Translations under genes and position numbers: made by a program
In this document: piece by piece, positions 8,436 to 16,018 of the stretch
Numbering within the stretch: the first letter of the stretch is position 1
How the letters are laid out: each line of letters opens with the position of its first letter
Notes under the pieces: model-generated
Told to the model about the DNA's origin: nothing
Seen by the model: only the letters and a program-made list of their open reading frames with translations
The model's database searches: none
IMG/VR virus record: IMGVR_UViG_3300038696_000181
Coordinates: 1 to 38,380 of that record
Direction: 5' to 3' (one strand)
Length of the DNA: 38,380 nucleotides
DNA from: a virus
Taxonomy: Duplodnaviria; Caudoviricetes

Positions 8436-8487
8436 CGCATAGCTATGTGTAGTGGCTTTTCGCCATTCCATATAGGTGATGTTGGGC
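8430..8487. repeat. attC-like site 4 (58 bp)
   Basis: ACATAAC-gcatag-CTATGTGTAGTGGC ttttc GCCATTCCATATAG-gtgat-GTTGGGC. Confidence 0.78.
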
Positions 8488-8515
8488 TTTCGTTTTACAT
8501 TTAAAAACACACACT

Positions 8516-8797
8516 ATGAATATACAAGATGAAGTTGCAAAAATTCACGCTAAATACTCGACAACCGAAATGGCAAATTACAAGATTCAGATTTTGTTTG
8601 ATTCTGAAATTGACAAAGCCATAAATGATAACAACGAAATTTGGGCGAAAAGAAGGGAAGAAACCGCAAGAGCAAGGGAGGAGATTGCTATATGTTTCAT
8701 GCTAAGATATTATGTTGATGAAGATCATACAGAAAAAAGCGAACAAGATGCAATAGCAGATTACAGAATAAGAGGTTATCGTCTTCGCTCTCAATGA
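8516..8797 (+). CDS. Cassette 4: hypothetical protein
   Basis: Own ATG with an A-rich leader; TGA ends just before the GCCCAAC box. Confidence 0.65.
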   Translation: MNIQDEVAKIHAKYSTTEMANYKIQILFDSEIDKAINDNNEIWAKRREETARAREEIAICFMLRYYVDEDHTEKSEQDAIADYRIRGYRLRSQ

Positions 8798-8798
8798 A

Positions 8799-8934
8799 GC
8801 CCAACGTGTAGGATAAAGTGAGTGGAGGGGTCGCTTCCAAGAGGGCTGATACCTCAGATTTGTTAGGTAACGAGCTTGGACAGTATTACCGAAGCACCTG
8901 AGAGCCTCCATTCATTCTTTATCAACTGTTGGAC
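8799..8934. repeat. attC-like site 5 (136 bp)
   Basis: GCCCAAC-gtgtag-GATAAAGTGAGTGGAGG ... CCTCCATTCATTCTTTATC-aact-GTTGGAC. Confidence 0.75.
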
Positions 8935-8952
8935 GCTTTTTAAATTTTGATA

Positions 8953-9936
8953 ATGGAAAATAAAGTACATCATTGCAATTTTCTGGATAATGCTTTACCC
9001 GATAAAAGTGTAAATCTCATTATTGCGGACCCTCCTTATTTTGAGGTTAAAGGAGATTTCGATTTTGTCTGGAGTAGCTTTAACGATTACCTAAAAGACG
9101 TCGAGAAATGGGTTATTGAGTGTAAAAGGTTGCTCTCCGATAACGGGACTCTCTTTTGGTACGGAAACTCTAAAAAAATCGCATATTCTCAAATAATTCT
9201 CGACCAATATTTTAATCTTGAAAACTCCTTGACCTGGAGAAAAAAAGATAGTATCCAATACCAATATTACAGTCCAGATCTTGCAAGAAGTTTTAACACT
9301 CACAACGAGCGCATTTTAATGTATTCAAACGAGGTCGGATTAACGGGCTTGGAAATGATAACGGAGGAGTTTATCAAGCCTCGAAATCCCTTTTCTCTTT
9401 ACTTGAGGGAGGAATTTAAAAAAGCGGGAGTAACGAATAAGAAAATCGCGGCTCTTTTTCCGAGTAAAACGGGAGGATTGACGGGTTGTGTTTCAAATTG
9501 GTTAAATGGAGATAGTATTATCACGGAAAAGCAATATTTATTAATACGTGATTTTTTAAACGGCGAGTATCTCTGTGAGGATTACGATTATCTCCGTAAG
9601 GAATACGACGAGATCCGACAAGAGTATGAGGACAAGAGGAGGTTTTTTTATAACCCGTTAAAACTCGACGAGGTTTTGGAGTTTTCTCAAGAGGCTCACA
9701 TTAGTAAGAAATACGATCACGAAACCCAAAAAGCCGAGACGCTTACGAGGTCTTTGATCATTACTTGCAGCCGAAAAAACGCGCTTGTATTAATCCCCTT
9801 TGCGGGATCTGGGACGGAGTGCGCGATGAGTGCAAAAGAGGGGAGGCGGTTTATTGGATATGAGATCAACAAGAGACACGTTGTTACCGCAAATAAAAGA
9901 TGCAAAGAGTATTTGTCTCAAACAAGTTTTTTTTAA
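8953..9936 (+). CDS. DNA N4-cytosine/N6-adenine methyltransferase (beta class)
   Basis: IIADPPY near the N-terminus, HETQK, and LIPFAGSGT near the C-terminus. Confidence 0.9.
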   Translation: MENKVHHCNFLDNALPDKSVNLIIADPPYFEVKGDFDFVWSSFNDYLKDVEKWVIECKRLLSDNGTLFWYGNSKKIAYSQIILDQYFNLENSLTWRKKDSIQYQYYSPDLARSFNTHNERILMYSNEVGLTGLEMITEEFIKPRNPFSLYLREEFKKAGVTNKKIAALFPSKTGGLTGCVSNWLNGDSIITEKQYLLIRDFLNGEYLCEDYDYLRKEYDEIRQEYEDKRRFFYNPLKLDEVLEFSQEAHISKKYDHETQKAETLTRSLIITCSRKNALVLIPFAGSGTECAMSAKEGRRFIGYEINKRHVVTANKRCKEYLSQTSFF

Positions 9937-9938
9937 AA

Positions 9939-10349
9939 ATGGGCTATATCTCCAAGAAAGACCGAGAAATTGTCAAGAAAAAGTTTAACGGCCTTTGCGC
10001 GTACTCTGGGACTCCTCTCGAGGACGATTGGCAAGTTGACCACGTAAAGCCCTTGATCCGTAATCGATGGGTCGGAGGTTGCCTTAATCCAGACGATCAC
10101 AAATTGGAAAACCTCTTTCCAACTCAAAAGATTATCAATCATTATAAGGGATCTCTCGACCTGGAAACCTTTCGGTCTTGGTATCTTGGGGGATTGGATA
10201 CTCGGTTAAAAAAGCTCCCAAAAAAGACGAGGGTCGAATCAACCAAGAGGAGGAAAAAGTACCTCCATAAAGTTGCGGAGTATTTTGATATATCGGAGGA
10301 CAAGCCTTTCTCGGGAGCTTTTTACTTTGAAACCTTGCAAGACTCGTAA
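9939..10349 (+). CDS. HNH endonuclease (start revised to MGYISKK)
   Basis: CAYSG...WQVDHVKP...NL.P....NHYKG. Confidence 0.8.
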   Translation: MGYISKKDREIVKKKFNGLCAYSGTPLEDDWQVDHVKPLIRNRWVGGCLNPDDHKLENLFPTQKIINHYKGSLDLETFRSWYLGGLDTRLKKLPKKTRVESTKRRKKYLHKVAEYFDISEDKPFSGAFYFETLQDS

Positions 10350-10380
10350 AATTTACCCTATATTTACACAAAATTGAAAA

Positions 10381-10581
10381 ATGAAAGTCACTTTCTCGGA
10401 AAGGTTAACCTTGAGGTCTGGAGATTGTCTTGCGGCGGATTTAATCAGGTTGCGGGTCTCCTTTATTAAACTCAAAAGAGAGGTAATTAAGCCTCTCAAA
10501 AGCCTTTATTTAAGGGTTTTTCTGTACACCGAGTACGATTGCGACTTGGACGTTTTTTATAGTAAAGAAAAAAATAAATGA
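10381..10581 (+). CDS. Hypothetical protein
   Basis: A-rich start; overlaps the next gene. Confidence 0.5.
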   Translation: MKVTFSERLTLRSGDCLAADLIRLRVSFIKLKREVIKPLKSLYLRVFLYTEYDCDLDVFYSKEKNK

Positions 10582-10760
10582 AATCAGTAATAATAGTCAA
10601 GAAAGGAGAGGATCTTGAGGCTTGGGGATCATTGACCGAGCTTTGCGATAACCATAAAGAGAATAAATTCTCTTACAACTATCTCAAGGGTCTAAAGTTT
10701 CCGTTTGATTACAAGGGCTTTTCTTTTCGGAAAGTACCTTATCGCAAGAGATCTATCTAA
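10578..10760 (+). CDS. Small putative DNA-binding protein
   Basis: EAWGSLTELC...SYNYLK pattern. Confidence 0.55.
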   Translation: MKSVIIVKKGEDLEAWGSLTELCDNHKENKFSYNYLKGLKFPFDYKGFSFRKVPYRKRSI

Positions 10761-10777
10761 TAACCAACAATTAAAAA

Positions 10778-10918
10778 ATGAAAATAGCAATTGTAATTAT
10801 ATTAATCGTTGTCGCGATTATGATCATACGTTGGACCGCGGCTTGGTTTCTCCGTATCGATGAAGTTATCGACGAGCTCAAGAAAGCCAACCGCAATCTT
10901 GAGGATTTAAAGGAGTAG
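10778..10918 (+). CDS. Small membrane protein (46 aa)
   Basis: Not in the track: MKIAIVIILIVVAIMIIRWTAAWFLRIDEVIDELKK. Confidence 0.6.
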   Translation: MKIAIVIILIVVAIMIIRWTAAWFLRIDEVIDELKKANRNLEDLKE

Positions 10919-10942
10919 GAAACCCAAAAACCCAAAAATAAA

Positions 10943-11197
10943 ATGTTAGATTTTACAATTGATTCGATTGAGATATCGATGCACGACGAGGAGGAGTATA
11001 ATAATAAGAGAAAGGCTTATGTTAAGTTGAGGGCTCTTACAAAGTCCGAAAAAGAGGAGCTCAAAAATATCATTAAAAAAGCCCAAAATCGAGACACTCA
11101 CCGAATATACAAGGAGAGCGTCGAGAGGCTTGAGATTGAGCTCAGATCAGCAAAAAAGCAATTACACAATTACCAAACCAAAAATATAGAGAAATGA
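10943..11197 (+). CDS. Hypothetical protein
   Basis: A-rich leader; 4-nt overlap with the next gene. Confidence 0.6.
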   Translation: MLDFTIDSIEISMHDEEEYNNKRKAYVKLRALTKSEKEELKNIIKKAQNRDTHRIYKESVERLEIELRSAKKQLHNYQTKNIEK

Positions 11198-12498
11198 GTA
11201 AATCAAAAAATTTAGTTGAGATCAAGGAGATTAATCTCGAGGCTCCAGAGTTAAAAGAAATCGAGAAAAGCAGAGCGGACCAGATCCGAGAGACTTTCCT
11301 CCCAATGGCAAAGCAACTCAAGGATTTTGAGGAGCAAGTTATTTCCGTTCAAAAAGAGTACGACTCCGCGGAGGTAATTACGCCGTCTCTTATCGCAAAA
11401 GCAAAGCGTCTCCGACTCGATATCGCAAAGATTAGAGTCGCGACGGGCAAAGTCAAGGACGAGGAAAAGAAACAATACCGAGTCGCTGCAAACGCGATCC
11501 AAGGAGTCCACAACGTCCTCGTTTGGGCCGTGTCCGATCAAGAGAAAAAACTCAAAAAGATTGAGGATCATTACGCGGAGCTTGAGAGGATCCGTATTGA
11601 GGAGCTCCAAGAGGAGAGATCTCGATTAATCGCTCCGTATGTCCCAGAGGATTACGATAGAGACTTTACCTCAATGGAGGAGGATATTTGGGAGGCTTTT
11701 TTCGGTAAAAAGAAAAAGGACCACGAGGATAAGGTCGAGGCGGAAAAGCGAGCCCAAGAGCGACAAGATTTAACCGATAAACGCAAGGCTCTTATTTTTA
11801 ATAATGGCTTTATGTTTAACGGTCGGACTTATACCTCTCACGGAGTCGAGGTCGATATCTCTCCAGGTAACGACGAGGACGAGAAATATTGGGGGAAATA
11901 TTTTCACGACAAAATTAAACTCCGCGACGCCGCGATTGAGAAAAAGAGACTCCAAGAGAAAGAGGAGCGTCGGATTGCAGAGTTGAGACTCGAGAGAGAG
12001 AAAGAGGTTGCAAAGTATGAGTCGTACAAAAACCCGATCGGGCTTGATCTTGGAAAGATTACCGAGGAAAATTATCAAAACATTGTTGAGGCTTGTAAAT
12101 CCGACGATAAGGCCCTCCAGGAAAAGAGAGTGAAAGAGCTCAAAATCGACGAGAGGGTTAAAGCCTGGAAAACTCTTAAGGAGTTTGATCTTGTCGAAAA
12201 GTCAAGAGAGGACCTTGCAAAAATGACTCTCAAAGGCTTTGAGAAGTTGATCAAGGATCTTGAGGAGGTTGAGTTTAATAAGAGGCTTGAGTATGAGAAA
12301 GAGAAAGAGGTTGAGGAGCGCAAAGAAAAGGGAGACTCCGAGGTTTGGGACGAGTTTACATTTTGTCTTAAAGCGTTTAAAAAAGACTTTGACTTTAAGT
12401 CTCAAGAGTCGGTAAACTTAAAGTCTAAAGTCGATAAAAAAATCGACGATATTTTATCTCTTGTTGATTTTTATACAACCTTAAAAAAGGATGAGTAA
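11194..12498 (+). CDS. Long charged coiled-coil phage protein
   Basis: E/K-rich helical sequence; AKRLRLDIAKIR motif. Confidence 0.7.
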   Translation: MSKSKNLVEIKEINLEAPELKEIEKSRADQIRETFLPMAKQLKDFEEQVISVQKEYDSAEVITPSLIAKAKRLRLDIAKIRVATGKVKDEEKKQYRVAANAIQGVHNVLVWAVSDQEKKLKKIEDHYAELERIRIEELQEERSRLIAPYVPEDYDRDFTSMEEDIWEAFFGKKKKDHEDKVEAEKRAQERQDLTDKRKALIFNNGFMFNGRTYTSHGVEVDISPGNDEDEKYWGKYFHDKIKLRDAAIEKKRLQEKEERRIAELRLEREKEVAKYESYKNPIGLDLGKITEENYQNIVEACKSDDKALQEKRVKELKIDERVKAWKTLKEFDLVEKSREDLAKMTLKGFEKLIKDLEEVEFNKRLEYEKEKEVEERKEKGDSEVWDEFTFCLKAFKKDFDFKSQESVNLKSKVDKKIDDILSLVDFYTTLKKDE

Positions 12499-13096
12499 GC
12501 TCCAGAAATCAAGCGAGGTAAAAGGCCCGATCGAGGTCGGTAAATTTTACCTCGTACCCTTCGCGATTGGGGACGATTTTGATATCCCCGTTACTTTACC
12601 CGTACACTCCGACTCCGATCTTTTTAAATCGACTCATCCCGCGGGAAAAGATCATTACCACAACGACTCGAGGTTTGTCAAGGATTATTACCCGAGACCC
12701 GTTTATCGAGACCATTATGTCGTCGGAAATAAAAGAGTCCCGATTACGGGTCTCCTCGCCAATAAATTAATGGAGGACTCAAACCCGGGCCAATTGATAA
12801 GAGCCTCGGACGTTATAAAGATCGTTTGGAAACGTCGAAAAGCTCGGAGAAATTTTCCAGAGTTTGACAAGACTCAACCCGATCGAAATAAAGCATTTCA
12901 CTCGAAACTCTACGAGATCGGCGTAAAAGATGGATATTGTCTTAAGTCAAAAAAGATTTGTCCTCATCGAGGTTTTAATCTCGAGTCAGTACCTCCAGAC
13001 GCCAACGGGATAATCGAATGTCCGCTACATGGCCTCAAGTTTTACGCGAAAAGCGGTAAATTAGTAAACGAAAATTTGGAATTATGCGAGGTTTAA
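12491..13096 (+). CDS. Protein with C-terminal Rieske-type [2Fe-2S] motif
   Basis: CPHRG-x15-CPLHGLKF...SG, which is C-x-H-x17-C-x2-H. Confidence 0.7.
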   Translation: MSKLQKSSEVKGPIEVGKFYLVPFAIGDDFDIPVTLPVHSDSDLFKSTHPAGKDHYHNDSRFVKDYYPRPVYRDHYVVGNKRVPITGLLANKLMEDSNPGQLIRASDVIKIVWKRRKARRNFPEFDKTQPDRNKAFHSKLYEIGVKDGYCLKSKKICPHRGFNLESVPPDANGIIECPLHGLKFYAKSGKLVNENLELCEV

Positions 13097-13278
13097 GCCC
13101 GATTGATGAGGAAATGAGAGAGTCGTCTCGGTTAAGATCTCGTAAAATTGTAGATTCCGAAAAGCGAAAAGATATTGAGCGTAAAAACGACGACATTTAT
13201 TATACTCTGGAGGAGGAGTTTTCCTTTCAAAAAAAATTAAATGACCGAGATCGAATGGGACGAGGAGGTACACCTTAG
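13084..13278 (+). CDS. Possible hypothetical protein
   Basis: Fills the gap before terL but overlaps both neighbours. Confidence 0.3.
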   Translation: MRGLSPIDEEMRESSRLRSRKIVDSEKRKDIERKNDDIYYTLEEEFSFQKKLNDRDRMGRGGTP

Positions 13279-14599
13279 AGCGTACGACAAGATCCGCGAA
13301 TCAGACGCGGCGGTTAAATTGTATTGGGGCGGTCGAGACTCTGGAAAGAGTTACGAGATCGCCCTTTCTCTCGTTAAGAAGTGTCTAACGGCCTCTTATT
13401 TTAAATGTATCCTTGTCCGAGAGCACTTTAACTCTATCAAGGAGTCCCAATGGGAATTATTCCAAAAGGTTGTCCAAGATTTCGATCTCGAGGATCAATT
13501 TGATTTTAAACTTAGTCCTCTTGAGATTGTGTGCGTTAATGGAAATCGATTTATTGCGAGAGGTTGCGATAATCCGAGCTCGATTAAATCAGTCAACGAG
13601 CCGACGGACGCTTGGTTTGAGGAGGCGGACAAGATCAAGAGGAGTCAATACCAGACGATCGCGACGACTCTCCGATCCTCCGAGGTCCAGGTTGTCCAAT
13701 GGATATCTTTTAATCCAGAGAGTGAGGGATCTTACGAGGATCATTGGCTTTTTGAATTGGTTCAAGATCAATACGGCGGGACCTGGGAATGGTCTCAATA
13801 TTACATTGTCGACGGAAAAGAGGTTGAGGTCAAATATTGCTCTTGTCATACAACCTTTGACGATAATCGATTTTGCCCTCCTGAGAGAAAGGCTAATTAC
13901 ATGGCAACGACTGAGGGAGACGATTATTATTACAACGTCTATATTTACGGGTATTGGGGAAATCGTAAAGCTCAAAATCCTTTCCTTACTGCATACGACG
14001 ACAAGAGACACGTCGGAGACACTAAGTTTGATCCGAGGCGCCAATCGATCGTCCTCATCGACTTTAACGTTGTACCGTTTACCGCTAACATTTATCAAAA
14101 TTGGTTTGACGATGAGGGATCTCATTATCACCAAGTCGCCGAAATATCAATCCCAAATGGGACGATTGAGGAAATGTCCGAAAGGATCAAAGGTATCCTC
14201 GGAGATTCTGTTTATACGGCTCAATTTGGAGGGGATTACAACGGCTCTCAAGCTAAGATCGGGAGATATGACAATAAGAGCCTTTACAAAGAGTTGAGAA
14301 AGGCCCTCAATATTGCTTGGGCGCAATTCAAGTTAAAGGCCAATCCTCCGCACAAAACGAGTCGGGTCGACTGCAATTATTTTTTAACTCACTTTCCAGA
14401 CTTTTTAATCGACTCCGCTTGTCGAGAAACGCGTCGCGATTGTCGATCGGTACAAGTCGACGCTTACGGATCGATCATTAAGAAAAACCGTAAAGACGAG
14501 TCCCAGAGAGCCGACAATATTGATAATTTCCGATACCTCATCAACACCTTTTTAAAAGGCGCAATCGAAAAACATAAAAAGACGGGGACATGGTTTTAA
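13241..14599 (+). CDS. terL: Terminase large subunit (PBSX-like)
   Basis: Walker A GGRDSGKS, Walker B WFEEAD, SFNP coupling motif, nuclease IDFN and DNIDNFRY. Confidence 0.9.
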   Translation: MTEIEWDEEVHLRAYDKIRESDAAVKLYWGGRDSGKSYEIALSLVKKCLTASYFKCILVREHFNSIKESQWELFQKVVQDFDLEDQFDFKLSPLEIVCVNGNRFIARGCDNPSSIKSVNEPTDAWFEEADKIKRSQYQTIATTLRSSEVQVVQWISFNPESEGSYEDHWLFELVQDQYGGTWEWSQYYIVDGKEVEVKYCSCHTTFDDNRFCPPERKANYMATTEGDDYYYNVYIYGYWGNRKAQNPFLTAYDDKRHVGDTKFDPRRQSIVLIDFNVVPFTANIYQNWFDDEGSHYHQVAEISIPNGTIEEMSERIKGILGDSVYTAQFGGDYNGSQAKIGRYDNKSLYKELRKALNIAWAQFKLKANPPHKTSRVDCNYFLTHFPDFLIDSACRETRRDCRSVQVDAYGSIIKKNRKDESQRADNIDNFRYLINTFLKGAIEKHKKTGTWF

Positions 14600-14847
14600 C
14601 TTGTCCGAGATCGTCGTCCAAACTTTGCCGAAAAAAGCGTCTCTCCTTTGTTCTAAACAACCGCGGGATTATATCGATTTGCTCCAGACTTGATAACACT
14701 CACAAAGGGTATAAAAAAAGCCTTGGAAAGATCCTAGTTTACAAAGCGCGGGTTGATCTGGGTTACTCTCCAAAATCTTACTCGGGAGACATTTATTATC
14801 AACTCTTAAAAGACTTGGATCGATTGGGTTTAAAAAAAGAGAGGTAA
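14590..14847 (+). CDS. Hypothetical basic protein
   Basis: Overlaps the terL stop. Confidence 0.45.
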   Translation: MVLTCPRSSSKLCRKKRLSFVLNNRGIISICSRLDNTHKGYKKSLGKILVYKARVDLGYSPKSYSGDIYYQLLKDLDRLGLKKER

Positions 14848-14865
14848 AATATATTTCCTTTTCCC

Positions 14866-14896
14866 TTGCGTGTTAAAGTAATATATCTTACCTTTG
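14866..14896 (+). promoter_or_regulatory. Bacteroidota promoter (TTG, 20 nt, TACCTTTG)
   Basis: Consensus -33/-7 boxes followed by an A-rich leader to ATG 14920. Confidence 0.65.
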
Positions 14897-14919
14897 GGTA
14901 TATCAAAAAAGAAAAAGAA

Positions 14920-15234
14920 ATGAATATCTCAAATCAAGTAATCGCCCCAAGACAATTTGGAAACCCTTATTTTGATCGTATGTCTTGCCCTCTGGACATT
15001 TTACCCGAGACTTTTACAATACATTATCGCACGGGCAACGGTGTAATTGTAAAAATTGATTTACCAACTAGAGAGTGTGCTCATCAAGGAAATTTTATAT
15101 CTCGCAAATATACGGGAGTCTCTTTCAAGGCAATTGAAAAGGCTCTAAACGCTCGAGGGATATTTTACAAGAGCGTAATATACAAGCCTGGAGACGGGAT
15201 TGATATTGTCGCGGATCCAAGTTATAAAAACTAA
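14920..15234 (+). CDS. Hypothetical protein (moron-like; start revised to MNISNQ)
   Basis: Has its own promoter. Confidence 0.6.
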   Translation: MNISNQVIAPRQFGNPYFDRMSCPLDILPETFTIHYRTGNGVIVKIDLPTRECAHQGNFISRKYTGVSFKAIEKALNARGIFYKSVIYKPGDGIDIVADPSYKN

Positions 15235-15277
15235 AAAACGGGGCCTCGAGAGGGGCCCCTTTAAAAGCTCCAAAAAG

Positions 15278-15484
15278 ATGAACACGTCAGAAATTTACAA
15301 CCTCGCCAAAAAATTAAACCATACCGAGGCAAACGCAATCCTTGGAGCAATGTCTCTCGAGAATAAGGCAAGAGTAAGAAGTTTAAGAAACCTCGGAGAC
15401 ACTTTGTCTCTCGCGATTGCTACCGTTGCCGCAATGGGAGCCCCGAGAGAGGCGACGGATCTCGAAAAGTTGCAAGAGGCGTAA
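15278..15484 (+). CDS. Hypothetical protein (start revised to MNTSEI)
   Basis: A-rich leader; followed by a terminator. Confidence 0.55.
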   Translation: MNTSEIYNLAKKLNHTEANAILGAMSLENKARVRSLRNLGDTLSLAIATVAAMGAPREATDLEKLQEA

Positions 15485-15547
15485 AAAATATGACTATATT
15501 TAAACTCCTTTTGATTTAAGCGTCTGGAGGATTGGTTAATGAAAGAG

Positions 15548-15579
15548 CCCGCGGATTGATATCCGCGGGTTTTCTTTTT
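15548..15579 (+). terminator. Intrinsic terminator
   Basis: CCCGCGGAT-tgat-ATCCGCGGG followed by TTTTCTTTTT. Confidence 0.75.
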
Positions 15580-15619
15580 GAGAAAAATTAATACCTTAGC
15601 CCAAACAAAACACAAAACA

Positions 15620-15949
15620 ATGAAGTTACAAACCCTTTTTTCTCTGTTTTTCGTTTTGCTTTTCTCCTTTTCCCAAGGGAGCGGAGTAGAGTCGGAGCAA
15701 GACCATGTATCAATTGAGCAAGCCTCAATAATTACGGCGCAATACATGGTCGTCGATCTTAGCGTCGAGGATTTCGCGATCCCCTCGTTTTACTCTTATC
15801 AATATCGCTCCAAGAGCTTTGATTATTTGAGTCGAAATCATACGAGAATCGCCAAAGAAAAGGCGAAAAAGTATTGCATATTAAAGAACCCAAGAAAACA
15901 CGGAAAGACGACGATCCGTTGGTTTAGGCGGGACAAATTGGAAGTTTAA
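15620..15949 (+). CDS. Putative secreted protein (start revised to MKLQTL)
   Basis: Signal-peptide-like N-terminus MKLQTLFSLFFVLLFSFSQG. Confidence 0.55.
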   Translation: MKLQTLFSLFFVLLFSFSQGSGVESEQDHVSIEQASIITAQYMVVDLSVEDFAIPSFYSYQYRSKSFDYLSRNHTRIAKEKAKKYCILKNPRKHGKTTIRWFRRDKLEV

Positions 15950-15977
15950 AATATCTTGCCAAAAGGCAAACAAAAAG

Positions 15978-16007
15978 AAATCCTCTTGAAGTCCAAGAGG
16001 ATTTTTT
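15978..16007 (+). terminator. Intrinsic terminator (possibly bidirectional)
   Basis: AAATCCTCTTG-aagtc-CAAGAGGATTT followed by a T-run. Confidence 0.7.
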
Positions 16008-16018
16008 AATTTTGACTT

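Larger units (their letters stand above)
6426..8936. mobile_element. Integron-like cassette array (5 attC-like sites, 4 cassettes, no integrase in window)
   Basis: Five AAC..palindrome..GTT elements; reverse-complementary ends for each intervening unit; stop codons in or beside the AAC boxes; foreign composition. Confidence 0.8.

Noticed and set aside
6426-8936. The palindromes as a CRISPR array or as simple intrinsic terminators
   Set aside because: They are not identical repeats and the spacers are gene-sized. They lack U-tails, two are translated through, and the cross-unit AAC/GTT complementarity is not explained by terminators.
13413-14297. 294-aa alternative-frame ORF within terL, and many other overlapping or antisense ORFs in the track
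   Set aside because: They are R/S/L-rich shadow frames of well-supported genes with no recognisable motifs.
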